A stretch of DNA of 64,000 nt from a virus: IMG/VR virus record IMGVR_UViG_3300006921_000011, positions 5,882 to 69,881 of that record. One strand, given 5' to 3'. The position numbers and the translations under genes were made by a program. Positions 39,037 through 47,915 of this stretch are shown here, piece after piece; the first letter of the stretch is position 1; each line of letters starts with the position of its first letter. The notes below the pieces were generated by a model. The model did not search any database and was not told the DNA's origin. It saw only the letters and a program-made list of their open reading frames with translations.

Positions 39037-39478
39037 AGCTCTCAATGGTAAAACATTTAAAGTATCTGATAAGGTAATTGAAAAAATTAAATTAGCTCTA
39101 GATGCGTTTGATGGTCCTAGAACCACCGAAGGTTATGAACGAGCTACTAATATTATAAAAAATCCAATTATTAGTCTTGCTTTATTAAAAAAAATAAATA
39201 ATTTTTTTAGAAATGCAGATAAAGAAAGTTGGTCTTATAAGTTAACTGGTGGAGACTTAGGAGAAAAGTTTTTTTCTATTTTAGAGGACAAAGTTAGGGA
39301 TGGTGAGAATTCTAGTAAAAAAGCTAAGTCAAGAAGTGGTTTAGAAAATATTTATAAAGATGAACATACTAAAGATGGCTTTGGGAACCCAACACAAGTT
39401 AATGTCCCCGGACCTCCTAAAGTAGGTGAACTAAAAGAAGAAATAAAAAGAATAAAAAAATTAATAAACTTAAATTAA
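39026..39478 (+). CDS. Hypothetical protein with C-terminal LKEEIKRIKKLI tag
   Basis: ORF in operon; tag resembles the N-terminal tag of DeoC. Confidence 0.6.
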   Translation: MPDKALNGKTFKVSDKVIEKIKLALDAFDGPRTTEGYERATNIIKNPIISLALLKKINNFFRNADKESWSYKLTGGDLGEKFFSILEDKVRDGENSSKKAKSRSGLENIYKDEHTKDGFGNPTQVNVPGPPKVGELKEEIKRIKKLINLN

Positions 39479-39489
39479 ATTAAATTATT

Positions 39490-39822
39490 ATGGCAACTAA
39501 CGAACCAAGTGCAGCACAACAAATGAGTGAACTGGCGGAAGCAGAAAGAAAAAAAGCTTTTGCTCGTAACGAATATAACCCAGTAAAAGAAAATGATGGT
39601 TATGATGTAAATCATCCAAACGCTAATTCTGATGGGGATAATAAAGGTAGAGGAACAGCTTCTTTTTTAGGAGTACATGGTGATGCTGGTACACAAACCG
39701 ACCAAAAACTTAGAAAAGATTTAATAAAAGGTAATCTTTATAATTCTAAGAATGAATATTACTCTAATATTGCATCTAATGAAGCTACAAGCAGTAGTAG
39801 TACTATCGAATTAACACCTTAA
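39490..39822 (+). CDS. Hypothetical protein
   Basis: ORF in operon, polar composition (HPNANSDGDNKGRG). Confidence 0.6.
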   Translation: MATNEPSAAQQMSELAEAERKKAFARNEYNPVKENDGYDVNHPNANSDGDNKGRGTASFLGVHGDAGTQTDQKLRKDLIKGNLYNSKNEYYSNIASNEATSSSSTIELTP

Positions 39823-39835
39823 CTAATATAGAAAG

Positions 39836-40243
39836 ATGAAGCTTTACAACTCATTAAAAGGTCTTATATTAGAAGCAACGAACCGTGTGGATATTGAAAA
39901 AGCCATTAAAGGTAGAAATGTTGTGTCAATATATTATGCAGGTGATACTACATTGAACCCTGGTTGGAGAACTATTGAACCAGTGTGTGATGGAATGAGT
40001 AGAACGAAGGTAGGTCCTGGTAATTTAGTTGTGAGAGCTTGGCAACGAGATGGAGCGACTGACCGACCTAGAACAATGCCTGGATGGAGATTGTTTAGAG
40101 CAGACAGAATAACAGCGTGGAATCCTACGTTAGATACTTTTGAGGAACCTAGACCTAACTTTAATCCTACCGGTGATAAGACTTTAAGAAATAATGCGTG
40201 TTTTGTAATAGCAGATTTTAAAACCGCACCACAAACAGTATAA
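39836..40243 (+). CDS. Stand-alone WYL-domain protein with N-terminal tag
   Basis: AIKGRNVVSIYY...RTIEP...VRAW...GWRLFRADRI. Confidence 0.8.
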   Translation: MKLYNSLKGLILEATNRVDIEKAIKGRNVVSIYYAGDTTLNPGWRTIEPVCDGMSRTKVGPGNLVVRAWQRDGATDRPRTMPGWRLFRADRITAWNPTLDTFEEPRPNFNPTGDKTLRNNACFVIADFKTAPQTV

Positions 40244-40246
40244 AAA

Positions 40247-40936
40247 ATGGCAGATTTAACCTCTTTAGAGACATCTTTATTAGCAGCAAAACAATTCATG
40301 AATCATGAAAAATTACAAAAAGGTGTAGACCCTAATAGTAGAACAGTATCACAACATAGTATACCTGTTCAAGAAGCAGTTAGTGCACCAGTACCTTTTC
40401 CACAAAATACACCACAACACCAACCTATGAATATGGCTCAACGTCAACCAGCCCCACCTAACATGAAACCACACGCTAATATTACAGAAGAATCTATTAG
40501 AAAATCTAATCTTCCTGCAGCGATTAAAGAGGCCATGATAACTCACCCAATACCAGATATTCAAACTGGAGCAGATTTAAATTCGGACTTTATAAATAAG
40601 GTAGCAGAAAAAATGAATAGTGAACAATTTTCAGTTCAAGGTATGAGAAATACAGCAAATTCAACAATACAAACACCCCAACAACAACCACTCAGAGAGT
40701 CTAGACCGACCATACCTCAAAACTCACCAATACCTTCCCCAACAAGAAATTTAGATTCTAATGATTTAAAGAGTGAAATCAAAGCTTTAATATCGGAAAG
40801 TCTAGATGAATTAATAGAAACAAAAATTAATAAAGTATTACTTGAAACTAAGAATGCAAAAGAAAATATACATTTTAGAGTAGGTAATAAAATATTCACA
40901 GGAAAAATTTCAAAAGTTAAAACATTAAAAAGTTAA
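40247..40936 (+). CDS. Pro/Gln-rich hypothetical protein
   Basis: ORF; SNLPAAIKEAMITHPI; C-terminal IKALISE...KVLLE. Confidence 0.6.
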   Translation: MADLTSLETSLLAAKQFMNHEKLQKGVDPNSRTVSQHSIPVQEAVSAPVPFPQNTPQHQPMNMAQRQPAPPNMKPHANITEESIRKSNLPAAIKEAMITHPIPDIQTGADLNSDFINKVAEKMNSEQFSVQGMRNTANSTIQTPQQQPLRESRPTIPQNSPIPSPTRNLDSNDLKSEIKALISESLDELIETKINKVLLETKNAKENIHFRVGNKIFTGKISKVKTLKS

Positions 40937-40939
40937 AGG

Positions 40940-40968
40940 TTGACATAGTAACGATTTTTAGGTACCAT
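40940..40968 (+). promoter_or_regulatory. Sigma70-like promoter at the start of the glycan/metabolic region
   Basis: TTGACA-17 nt-TACCAT. Confidence 0.45.
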
Positions 40969-40988
40969 TTACTTAAATAAAATTTATT

Positions 40989-42221
40989 ATGTCAAAAATT
41001 AATGTACTCGTAATCCCAAGTGATAGAACTGGGGTTTCAAAATTCCGGTCAGTTGACCCACACTTGTATCTTCAAAAAATGTACCCAGATGATTTTTGGG
41101 TAGACATCGACTACGAACCAAAATTAGAAGATGAAAACTTTCTTAAAAAATACCAAATCATACATTACCACAGAAGTTTATCTCCAGATTATAATAGGTC
41201 ATTATCTTCTCTTCCTTTAATTAAAAAATTAGGAATTGTAGATATAATGGATTTAGATGATTATTGGTTACCTAATAGAGAACATCCGGCCTTTATGTTG
41301 ATTAAACAAAATAATATGGATAAAATGATATTAAAAAATCTTCAAGCTGCTGGTCACGTAACCACTACAACTCCAATATTTGCGGGAGAAATTAAACCAC
41401 ATTGTGAAAAAGTATTTGTATTACCAAATGCGGTTGACCCAAGTGAAAAACAATTCATGCCTAATTATGAAAAATCAGATAAGGTTCGTGTTGGTTGGTT
41501 GGGTGGTTCTTCACACATGGCGGATTTAGAAATATTAAATGGAATAATCGGTAAATTAGGAACATCAGCTTCTAAATCTCAATTTGTGTTATGTGGTTTT
41601 GATACTAGAGGAAGTGTAACCATGATTAACCAAGATACTGGAGAACAAACTCAAAGACCTATCACCCCTACCGAATCTGTATGGTATAAATACGAACAGA
41701 TTTTTACTGACAATTATAGAACTGTAGGTGAAAAATATAAAAAGTATTTAATGGAATTTAAAAGAGACGAATACACAGATGATTTTAATGAATTAAATTA
41801 TAGGAGAGTATGGACTCGTCCTATAACTACCTACGCAGAAAATTATAATCGATTTGATATCAGTTTGGCTCCCTTGAAACATCATACGTTTAATAGAGTA
41901 AAATCACAATTAAAGGTTATCGAAGCTGGTTTCCATAAAAAAGCATTAATTGCTCAAGATTTTGGACCTTATCAAATAGATTGTATAAATGCGATGGAAA
42001 GAGGTGGGACCATAAATGATAGAGGAAATGCCTTATTGGTGGAAAAAACTAAAAATCATAAATTATGGGGTAAATACACTAAATTATTAATTAACAACCC
42101 GGATTTAAGAGAACAATTAGGTGAAAATCTATATCAAGATGTACAACCTTACCACATTAAAAATGTTACAGCTAAAAGAGCTGAAATTTATAAAGAATTA
42201 GTTAGACAAAAAAATAAATAA
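40989..42221 (+). CDS. GT-B fold glycosyltransferase (GT4-like)
   Basis: DLDD, VLPNAVD, VGWLGGSSH, DISLAPL...FNRVKSQLKVIEAG. Confidence 0.85.
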   Translation: MSKINVLVIPSDRTGVSKFRSVDPHLYLQKMYPDDFWVDIDYEPKLEDENFLKKYQIIHYHRSLSPDYNRSLSSLPLIKKLGIVDIMDLDDYWLPNREHPAFMLIKQNNMDKMILKNLQAAGHVTTTTPIFAGEIKPHCEKVFVLPNAVDPSEKQFMPNYEKSDKVRVGWLGGSSHMADLEILNGIIGKLGTSASKSQFVLCGFDTRGSVTMINQDTGEQTQRPITPTESVWYKYEQIFTDNYRTVGEKYKKYLMEFKRDEYTDDFNELNYRRVWTRPITTYAENYNRFDISLAPLKHHTFNRVKSQLKVIEAGFHKKALIAQDFGPYQIDCINAMERGGTINDRGNALLVEKTKNHKLWGKYTKLLINNPDLREQLGENLYQDVQPYHIKNVTAKRAEIYKELVRQKNK

Positions 42222-42239
42222 AATTAAAAATTAAAAAAA

Positions 42240-42671
42240 ATGGCAGAAGTAGTAATTAACGACAAAGTAAAGACCCACGAAGAGGGCAAACACACTTATA
42301 TTGGAAAATATAAAGGAAAAGATTTTAAAGCAAGTATGCAAGACATGAATGATGATAGAGAACTTGTTTATATGGAAGGTGAAGAAAATTTCACTGATGA
42401 AGATAAAGATGTTATTTTTGAACAATTAGATGAAATGACTTACGTAGATTCTATTGAGGAGGCTGGTAATGATAAAGTATACATTGAAAATAATTATGAA
42501 ACTTGGTTCGCTTTTAAGTTTGAAGCTTATGGTTCTTATGGTGAAAATAAATTTATCGTGGAGGAATATAGTGATGAACATGGTGGTGACGCAACATTCA
42601 TAGAAGGGGAAGACAACTTTAATGAAGAAGAACAAGAACTAATTTACGAAGCAGTTAACGAATATATGTAA
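42240..42671 (+). CDS. Highly acidic protein with internal domain duplication
   Basis: Two similar halves (EGEENFTDEDKDVIFE / EGEDNFNEEEQELIYE). Confidence 0.7.
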   Translation: MAEVVINDKVKTHEEGKHTYIGKYKGKDFKASMQDMNDDRELVYMEGEENFTDEDKDVIFEQLDEMTYVDSIEEAGNDKVYIENNYETWFAFKFEAYGSYGENKFIVEEYSDEHGGDATFIEGEDNFNEEEQELIYEAVNEYM

Positions 42672-42672
42672 G

Positions 42673-42921
42673 ATGAGTAAATTACCTGATTGGTTTGATG
42701 GAGAGTTGTATGAAGAAGGAGATGAAGTAAGTAACCGATTTTCTGGTGAAAAATATACCTTGACAGCGGAAGAATTATCCATGTATGATTTTATTATGGG
42801 TGCACAGATAGTTCTTGAAATGGGTATGGGAGATAATTCTAAAATTATTGAGGACCTACGTAAGGGTTTAGATTGGTTTAGAACAAATAACAACAAGGCC
42901 TATATGGTCTTATTAGATTAA
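42673..42921 (+). CDS. Hypothetical phage protein
   Basis: Tightly packed ORF. Confidence 0.65.
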   Translation: MSKLPDWFDGELYEEGDEVSNRFSGEKYTLTAEELSMYDFIMGAQIVLEMGMGDNSKIIEDLRKGLDWFRTNNNKAYMVLLD

Positions 42922-42936
42922 AAATTAAAAAAAAAA

Positions 42937-43116
42937 ATGGCAGTAGAAATTAACATTATGGAAAATGGACCAATTTTGGTCAAAGGAGAAACCACAGTAA
43001 CAAAAGGTGGGGAAAAAGTAGTAGTTAGTGAAAATTATGCATTGTGTAGATGTGGCAAGAGTAAAGCCCAACCAATGTGTGATGGAGCACATAAATCAGA
43101 AAATTTTAAAGGATAA
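42937..43116 (+). CDS. CDGSH iron-sulfur domain protein (59 aa, not in ORF track)
   Basis: Translates to MAVEINIMENGPILVKGETTVTKGGEKVVVSENYALCRCGKSKAQPMCDGAHKSENFKG; C-x-C-x2-S-x3-P-x-C-D-G-A-H motif. Confidence 0.9.
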   Translation: MAVEINIMENGPILVKGETTVTKGGEKVVVSENYALCRCGKSKAQPMCDGAHKSENFKG

Positions 43117-43120
43117 AAAT

Positions 43121-43354
43121 ATGTACTATCAAGCAATCGTAGCATTTGAAACTGGAGTCATCGATAATAACGGTGTCCCAAAAGTTAAAAAATTTAAATA
43201 TATTGTGGAGTCGGAATCTGTGTTTGAAGCAAATAAAAGACTTGCACATTACCTTTCTGAAGACACTAGAGATTCAGAAATTATATCGGTCGTTAAAGCA
43301 CCTTACGAAGATATCTTACACCCAGAACTAACACCAAATTATTATAAACAATGA
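43121..43354 (+). CDS. DUF4494-like small protein
   Basis: MYYQAIVAFET...KVKKFKYIVESESVFEA...EIISV; true start is likely the ATG at 43121 rather than 43028. Confidence 0.6.
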   Translation: MYYQAIVAFETGVIDNNGVPKVKKFKYIVESESVFEANKRLAHYLSEDTRDSEIISVVKAPYEDILHPELTPNYYKQ

Positions 43355-44055
43355 TTGACAACATAAACAAATTATTATTTCTAGATATAGAAACCGTAGG
43401 TCTTTATGACGATTTAGATGATTTAAATCACCAGTCCCCACAACTTTATACTGTTTGGGAGGATAGTGGTTATGAATATTTTAAAAGACATTATCCTGAG
43501 GATTCTAATTTAACAAGTAATGAGATGTTTAGTAAACGTGCTGGTCTTCTAGCAGAATTTGGAAAAATTGTTTGTGTTTCTGTTGGTTTTGTTTTGGAGA
43601 ATGGAGAAACTAAGTTAGATAGTTTTACTGGTGAAGAAAAAGAAATTTTAACTAACTGCTCCAACCTTTTAAATAGGGTGGATAAGTTAGGATTTCTTAT
43701 TTGTGGTCACAATGTAAAAAACTTTGATTTACCATATATTGGAAAAAGGATGACTATAAATGGTATTGGAGTACCTGATATAGTACCTAACTATAAAATC
43801 AAACCTTGGGAGTCTAGAGTGTTAGACACTAAAGAGGTCTGGAATTTTAATTCTTATAGGGGATTATCCTCCTTGGAGTTGGTGTGTGCCTCCTTAGGAA
43901 TTCCCAACCCTAAAGATAATGAAGTAAATGGAGCAAACCTCCACTCTTTCTATTATGGTGATAACTTAAATATGAAAGAAAAACTAGAAAAGATTAAGAA
44001 CTATTGTGAAGAAGATGTTCTATCTTTAATAAAATTTGTACAAAAAATAAAATAA
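43351..44055 (+). CDS. DEDD 3'-5' exonuclease (PolB-related stand-alone family)
   Basis: FLDIET, EFGKIVCVSVG, GHNVKNFDLPY, YCEEDV. Confidence 0.88.
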   Translation: MIDNINKLLFLDIETVGLYDDLDDLNHQSPQLYTVWEDSGYEYFKRHYPEDSNLTSNEMFSKRAGLLAEFGKIVCVSVGFVLENGETKLDSFTGEEKEILTNCSNLLNRVDKLGFLICGHNVKNFDLPYIGKRMTINGIGVPDIVPNYKIKPWESRVLDTKEVWNFNSYRGLSSLELVCASLGIPNPKDNEVNGANLHSFYYGDNLNMKEKLEKIKNYCEEDVLSLIKFVQKIK

Positions 44056-44056
44056 T

Positions 44057-44665
44057 ATGATAGACGGATTAATGGGTAAAATAAAAACCTTACAAACCAT
44101 GGCAAAAGCAAACCCTAAGGATTTAATGAATGAAATGATGGACATACAAAATGACGCGAATCTTTTAAAAGATTTAAATAATTTACAAATGGAAGACTTA
44201 AATCCTGAACCACAGAAAATACCGGTGAAGTTTATAAATAAAAGTAACCACCCAGACCCTGTGTTCCAACATAAAGATGATAGTGGATTTGATTTAAGAG
44301 CTAACATACCTGGGGATAGACTAACGTTAAAACCAATGGCAAGACTTGCGGTTCCCACAGGTTTATACTTTGAATTACCTGAACACTATGAATTACAAGT
44401 AAGACCTAGAAGTGGTTTAGCTTATAAACATGGTATAACAGTACTTAATACTCCAGGTACTGTGGATAGAGGATATAGGGGGGAAATTAAAATAATTTTA
44501 ATTAACCTTAGTGATGAAGATTTTATTATCAATGACGGTGATAGAATTGCACAAGGAGTAATAAACGGAATATTATCACAATACTGGTCCGACTTTATTA
44601 AAGTTAATGAGGTTTCGGATTCAGAACGTGCTGATAATGGTTTTGGAAGTACAGGTAAGAAATAA
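44057..44665 (+). CDS. dut: Trimeric dUTPase
   Basis: SGFDL, RPRSGLA, GTVDRGYRGEI, GDRIAQ, RADNGFGSTG. Confidence 0.95.
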   Translation: MIDGLMGKIKTLQTMAKANPKDLMNEMMDIQNDANLLKDLNNLQMEDLNPEPQKIPVKFINKSNHPDPVFQHKDDSGFDLRANIPGDRLTLKPMARLAVPTGLYFELPEHYELQVRPRSGLAYKHGITVLNTPGTVDRGYRGEIKIILINLSDEDFIINDGDRIAQGVINGILSQYWSDFIKVNEVSDSERADNGFGSTGKK

Positions 44666-45645
44666 TGAAGAATATATTAATAACAGGTGGACTAGGGTTT
44701 ATTGGGTCCTCTTTAACAAAAAGATTACACGCCAAATATCCAGAATATAGTTTGGTGGTTGTGGATAAGAATAATGACTTAAGTAGATTAGAGGATATAA
44801 AAGATGATATAAAAATTTATTCATATGATATATGTGAACAAAGAATGATGGATAAATTATTCGAATTATATGATTTTGATGGAGTTTTTCATTTAGCTTC
44901 TAGAAAACCTAAATTAAATGAGGAGTATAAGGAAACTGAATTTATTAAAACTAACATTCTAGGAACAACTATAATACTGAATAATTGTGTAAAACAAAAA
45001 AGTAGACTACTCTACACTTCTAATACTGAGGTATATGGAAGTTTAGATATGGATAAACGAACACACCTCTACGAAACTAATTGTTACAACCCATCAACAC
45101 CCTATGCAGCATCTAAAGCAAGTGCAGACCATCTAATTACAGCTTACCATGAAAAATATGGGTTAGATACACTAATCGCAAACATTTCTAACACCTATGG
45201 TCCCGGTCAAGATTCAGAAGATTTTGTCTATGTCATCATTGATTCTCTACTTAATAAAAAACCTATACCTGTTTTTGGAACGGGTGAAAATGTTAGAGAT
45301 TGGGTTTTTATTGATGATGTTGTGGATATGTTGGATTTGGCTTACCATAAAGGGGTGTCAGGTGAAAATTATAATGTAGGGGGTGGTACCCTTAATGAAT
45401 TTAATAACGTAGAATTAATTAATCAGATTAGTAGAAGTGTAACTACCATTTTAGATGGAGAGGACGCAAATCATAGACTTATTGACCATCTCTCTGATAT
45501 GGGCGGTCACGATTTGAGACATTCTGTTAATTACGATAAAAGTACTCTTAGGTTACGTTGGAAACCTAAAACTCGGATAGAAACGGGTATAAATGATACA
45601 ATACAATGGCACATAGATAAAAATGGGATTAACAATAACATTTAG
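44665..45645 (+). CDS. NDP-sugar dehydratase/epimerase (RmlB-like, divergent active site)
   Basis: TGGLGFIGS, PYAASKASADHL, VRDWVFIDD, GENYNVGG. Confidence 0.8.
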   Translation: MKNILITGGLGFIGSSLTKRLHAKYPEYSLVVVDKNNDLSRLEDIKDDIKIYSYDICEQRMMDKLFELYDFDGVFHLASRKPKLNEEYKETEFIKTNILGTTIILNNCVKQKSRLLYTSNTEVYGSLDMDKRTHLYETNCYNPSTPYAASKASADHLITAYHEKYGLDTLIANISNTYGPGQDSEDFVYVIIDSLLNKKPIPVFGTGENVRDWVFIDDVVDMLDLAYHKGVSGENYNVGGGTLNEFNNVELINQISRSVTTILDGEDANHRLIDHLSDMGGHDLRHSVNYDKSTLRLRWKPKTRIETGINDTIQWHIDKNGINNNI

Positions 45646-47137
45646 TACAAAAGAAATAGATGAGACATTTATTTCACACCTAAAAGATAGTTGTGGAGTT
45701 AAAGATGTTGAGGTTCTAGCTTATGAAAATAAAGGAACTATGTCTTTAACCGAAGTTTATAATAAAGCTCTTAATGAGGCTACTAACGATATAATTGTAT
45801 TTACACATGACGACGTAATATTAGGTAAAAATAACTGGGGTAAAAAATTGATAAAACAATACACTAATTCAGATTTTGGAATTTTAGGTGTAGCTGGTAC
45901 CACTCATATGGCATCTACTGGAAGATGGTGGGAAGATAATTCTAAAATGATTGGTAGGGTTAGTCATTCACACGAAGGTAAGACTTGGACTAATAGTTAC
46001 AGTAACACTTTTCCAGGTAAAATATTAGAGGTGTGTTGTTTAGATGGTGTGTTTTTTTCATGTCATAAAAAAAGAATCAATAATAATTTTGACGAAGGTG
46101 TCGAAGGTTTCCATTTCTATGATGTAGATTTTAGTTTTGGAAATCATTTAAGTGGTGTAAAGTGTGGAATAATTTTTGATGTTAAACTAACCCACAAATC
46201 GATAGGTATGACTAATGATGAATGGGAAAGTAATAGAGTAAAGTTTGTAGAAAAATACAGTTTTATCCCTAATACAAAAGAACCTTGTCTCCCATATAAT
46301 ATCAAACCTAGTATAATTTACAGAGATAAAACTTTAAAAATAAAAAACCCACCTAAAGTAAGTATAATAATTCCTACCATTGATAATATCGACATGTTAT
46401 TTAGATGTGTGGATTCTATATTAGAAAAAAGTACTTACAAGAATATTGAAATTTTTATAGCCGATACTGGAAGTAGTGAAGAGAATCTTAAAGAGATAAA
46501 GGGTAGATACACCCAAGACTTTATAAAAATATTAGAATATGATTACTATCATTTTGCAGAAATAAATAATGATGTTGTTAATAATCATGTAAGTGAGGAT
46601 AGTGAACTTTTATTGTTTTCTAATAATGATATCGAGTTAATAAATGATGCTATAAGTGAAATGGTAAACTTATGGAGTAAAAATAAAAAACGTTGTGGTA
46701 CTGTAGGTGCAAGATTACACTTTGAAGACAACACCCTACAACATGCTGGAATGTTTTTATTTGGTAGAAGAGATGGTGAAAATGTAAATCTAGGGTTAAC
46801 ACACCATGGTCATCGTTCTCCATACACCTACCCATTCGAAAACGTAACCGGAACTATCGGAAACACCGCAGCTTTTGTTTTAATGAGTAAATCGGTCTTT
46901 AAAGAGATGGGAATGTTTAATGAACGATATATGGAATGTCTAGAAGATGTAGAATTAAATCTAGCATGTGTGGTTAACGGAAGAATTAATTGTTTTGCAG
47001 GGAATGCTGTAGCTTATCACTATGAAAGTATAACACGAAAAACTGATGGACAATTAAATCCACAAGACTGGCAACAACTAGTGGGGTATATTAGAAATAA
47101 CCCCAAACTAAATAATGTAATACAAATATTAAATTAA
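45623..47137 (+). CDS. Two-domain GT-A (GT2-like) glycosyltransferase
   Basis: FTHDDV and FHFYDVDF in the first domain; VSIIIPT, FSNNDIE, EDVELNL, HYESITR in the second. Confidence 0.88.
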   Translation: MGLTITFSTKEIDETFISHLKDSCGVKDVEVLAYENKGTMSLTEVYNKALNEATNDIIVFTHDDVILGKNNWGKKLIKQYTNSDFGILGVAGTTHMASTGRWWEDNSKMIGRVSHSHEGKTWTNSYSNTFPGKILEVCCLDGVFFSCHKKRINNNFDEGVEGFHFYDVDFSFGNHLSGVKCGIIFDVKLTHKSIGMTNDEWESNRVKFVEKYSFIPNTKEPCLPYNIKPSIIYRDKTLKIKNPPKVSIIIPTIDNIDMLFRCVDSILEKSTYKNIEIFIADTGSSEENLKEIKGRYTQDFIKILEYDYYHFAEINNDVVNNHVSEDSELLLFSNNDIELINDAISEMVNLWSKNKKRCGTVGARLHFEDNTLQHAGMFLFGRRDGENVNLGLTHHGHRSPYTYPFENVTGTIGNTAAFVLMSKSVFKEMGMFNERYMECLEDVELNLACVVNGRINCFAGNAVAYHYESITRKTDGQLNPQDWQQLVGYIRNNPKLNNVIQILN

Positions 47138-47138
47138 T

Positions 47139-47915
47139 ATGAAAGTAGGAATATCTTATAATCTGTTTGATGGTGAGGAACTTTTAGAAAGTTCTATTAA
47201 AAGTATTCGGGATAATGTAGAATACATAAGTGTAGTATACCAAACTATATCTAATTTTGGAAATCCTTGTAGTGAGGATTTAGTGTCACACCTGGAGTCT
47301 TTAAAGGAGGAAGGGTTAATTGATGAATTATATCTTTACAAACCCAATCTAAAAGCTGGTGGTCATTTTAATGAAATAACTAAAAGAAATATAGGATTAT
47401 TCTTATCGGAACGTCATAACTGTACCCACCATATGGCTATGGATTCAGACGAATTTTACACTACAATACAATTCATAAACATGAAAAACATTTTGAAAGA
47501 AGGTGGATATGACTCCAGTGCGTGTCAAATGACAACATATTATAAAGAACCAATATATAGACTTGAACCAAAAGAAGATTATTACGTGTCTCTACTTTTT
47601 AAAATTAAACCTGGTAGAAGATATGAACTAAATTGTCCTTTCCCGGTTTTAGTAGACCCAACTAGAAGAATGGAGTTTGGTAAGTGTAAAGTATTCAAAA
47701 GAGAAGATATTGAGATGCACCATATGAGTTATGTTAGGAAAGATATAAGAACTAAACTAACTAATTCATCTGCCTCACCTAATTTTAAAAATATCGATAG
47801 GTTGGTTAATTATTATAATTCCTGGGAATATCCAAAACAGGCGTTGATGGGTGGTGCACCAGATAAATTTTACGATATAGTAAAAGAAGAAAAACTATTT
47901 AATTCATGGGAGTAA
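47139..47915 (+). CDS. GT-A fold glycosyltransferase-like protein
   Basis: ELLESSIKSIR, MDSDEFY, MHHMSYVR. Confidence 0.65.
   Translation: MKVGISYNLFDGEELLESSIKSIRDNVEYISVVYQTISNFGNPCSEDLVSHLESLKEEGLIDELYLYKPNLKAGGHFNEITKRNIGLFLSERHNCTHHMAMDSDEFYTTIQFINMKNILKEGGYDSSACQMTTYYKEPIYRLEPKEDYYVSLLFKIKPGRRYELNCPFPVLVDPTRRMEFGKCKVFKREDIEMHHMSYVRKDIRTKLTNSSASPNFKNIDRLVNYYNSWEYPKQALMGGAPDKFYDIVKEEKLFNSWE

Noticed and set aside
43028-43120. ORF-track N-terminal extension of the DUF4494-like gene
   Set aside because: Overlaps the CDGSH gene in another frame; ATG at 43121 is the better start
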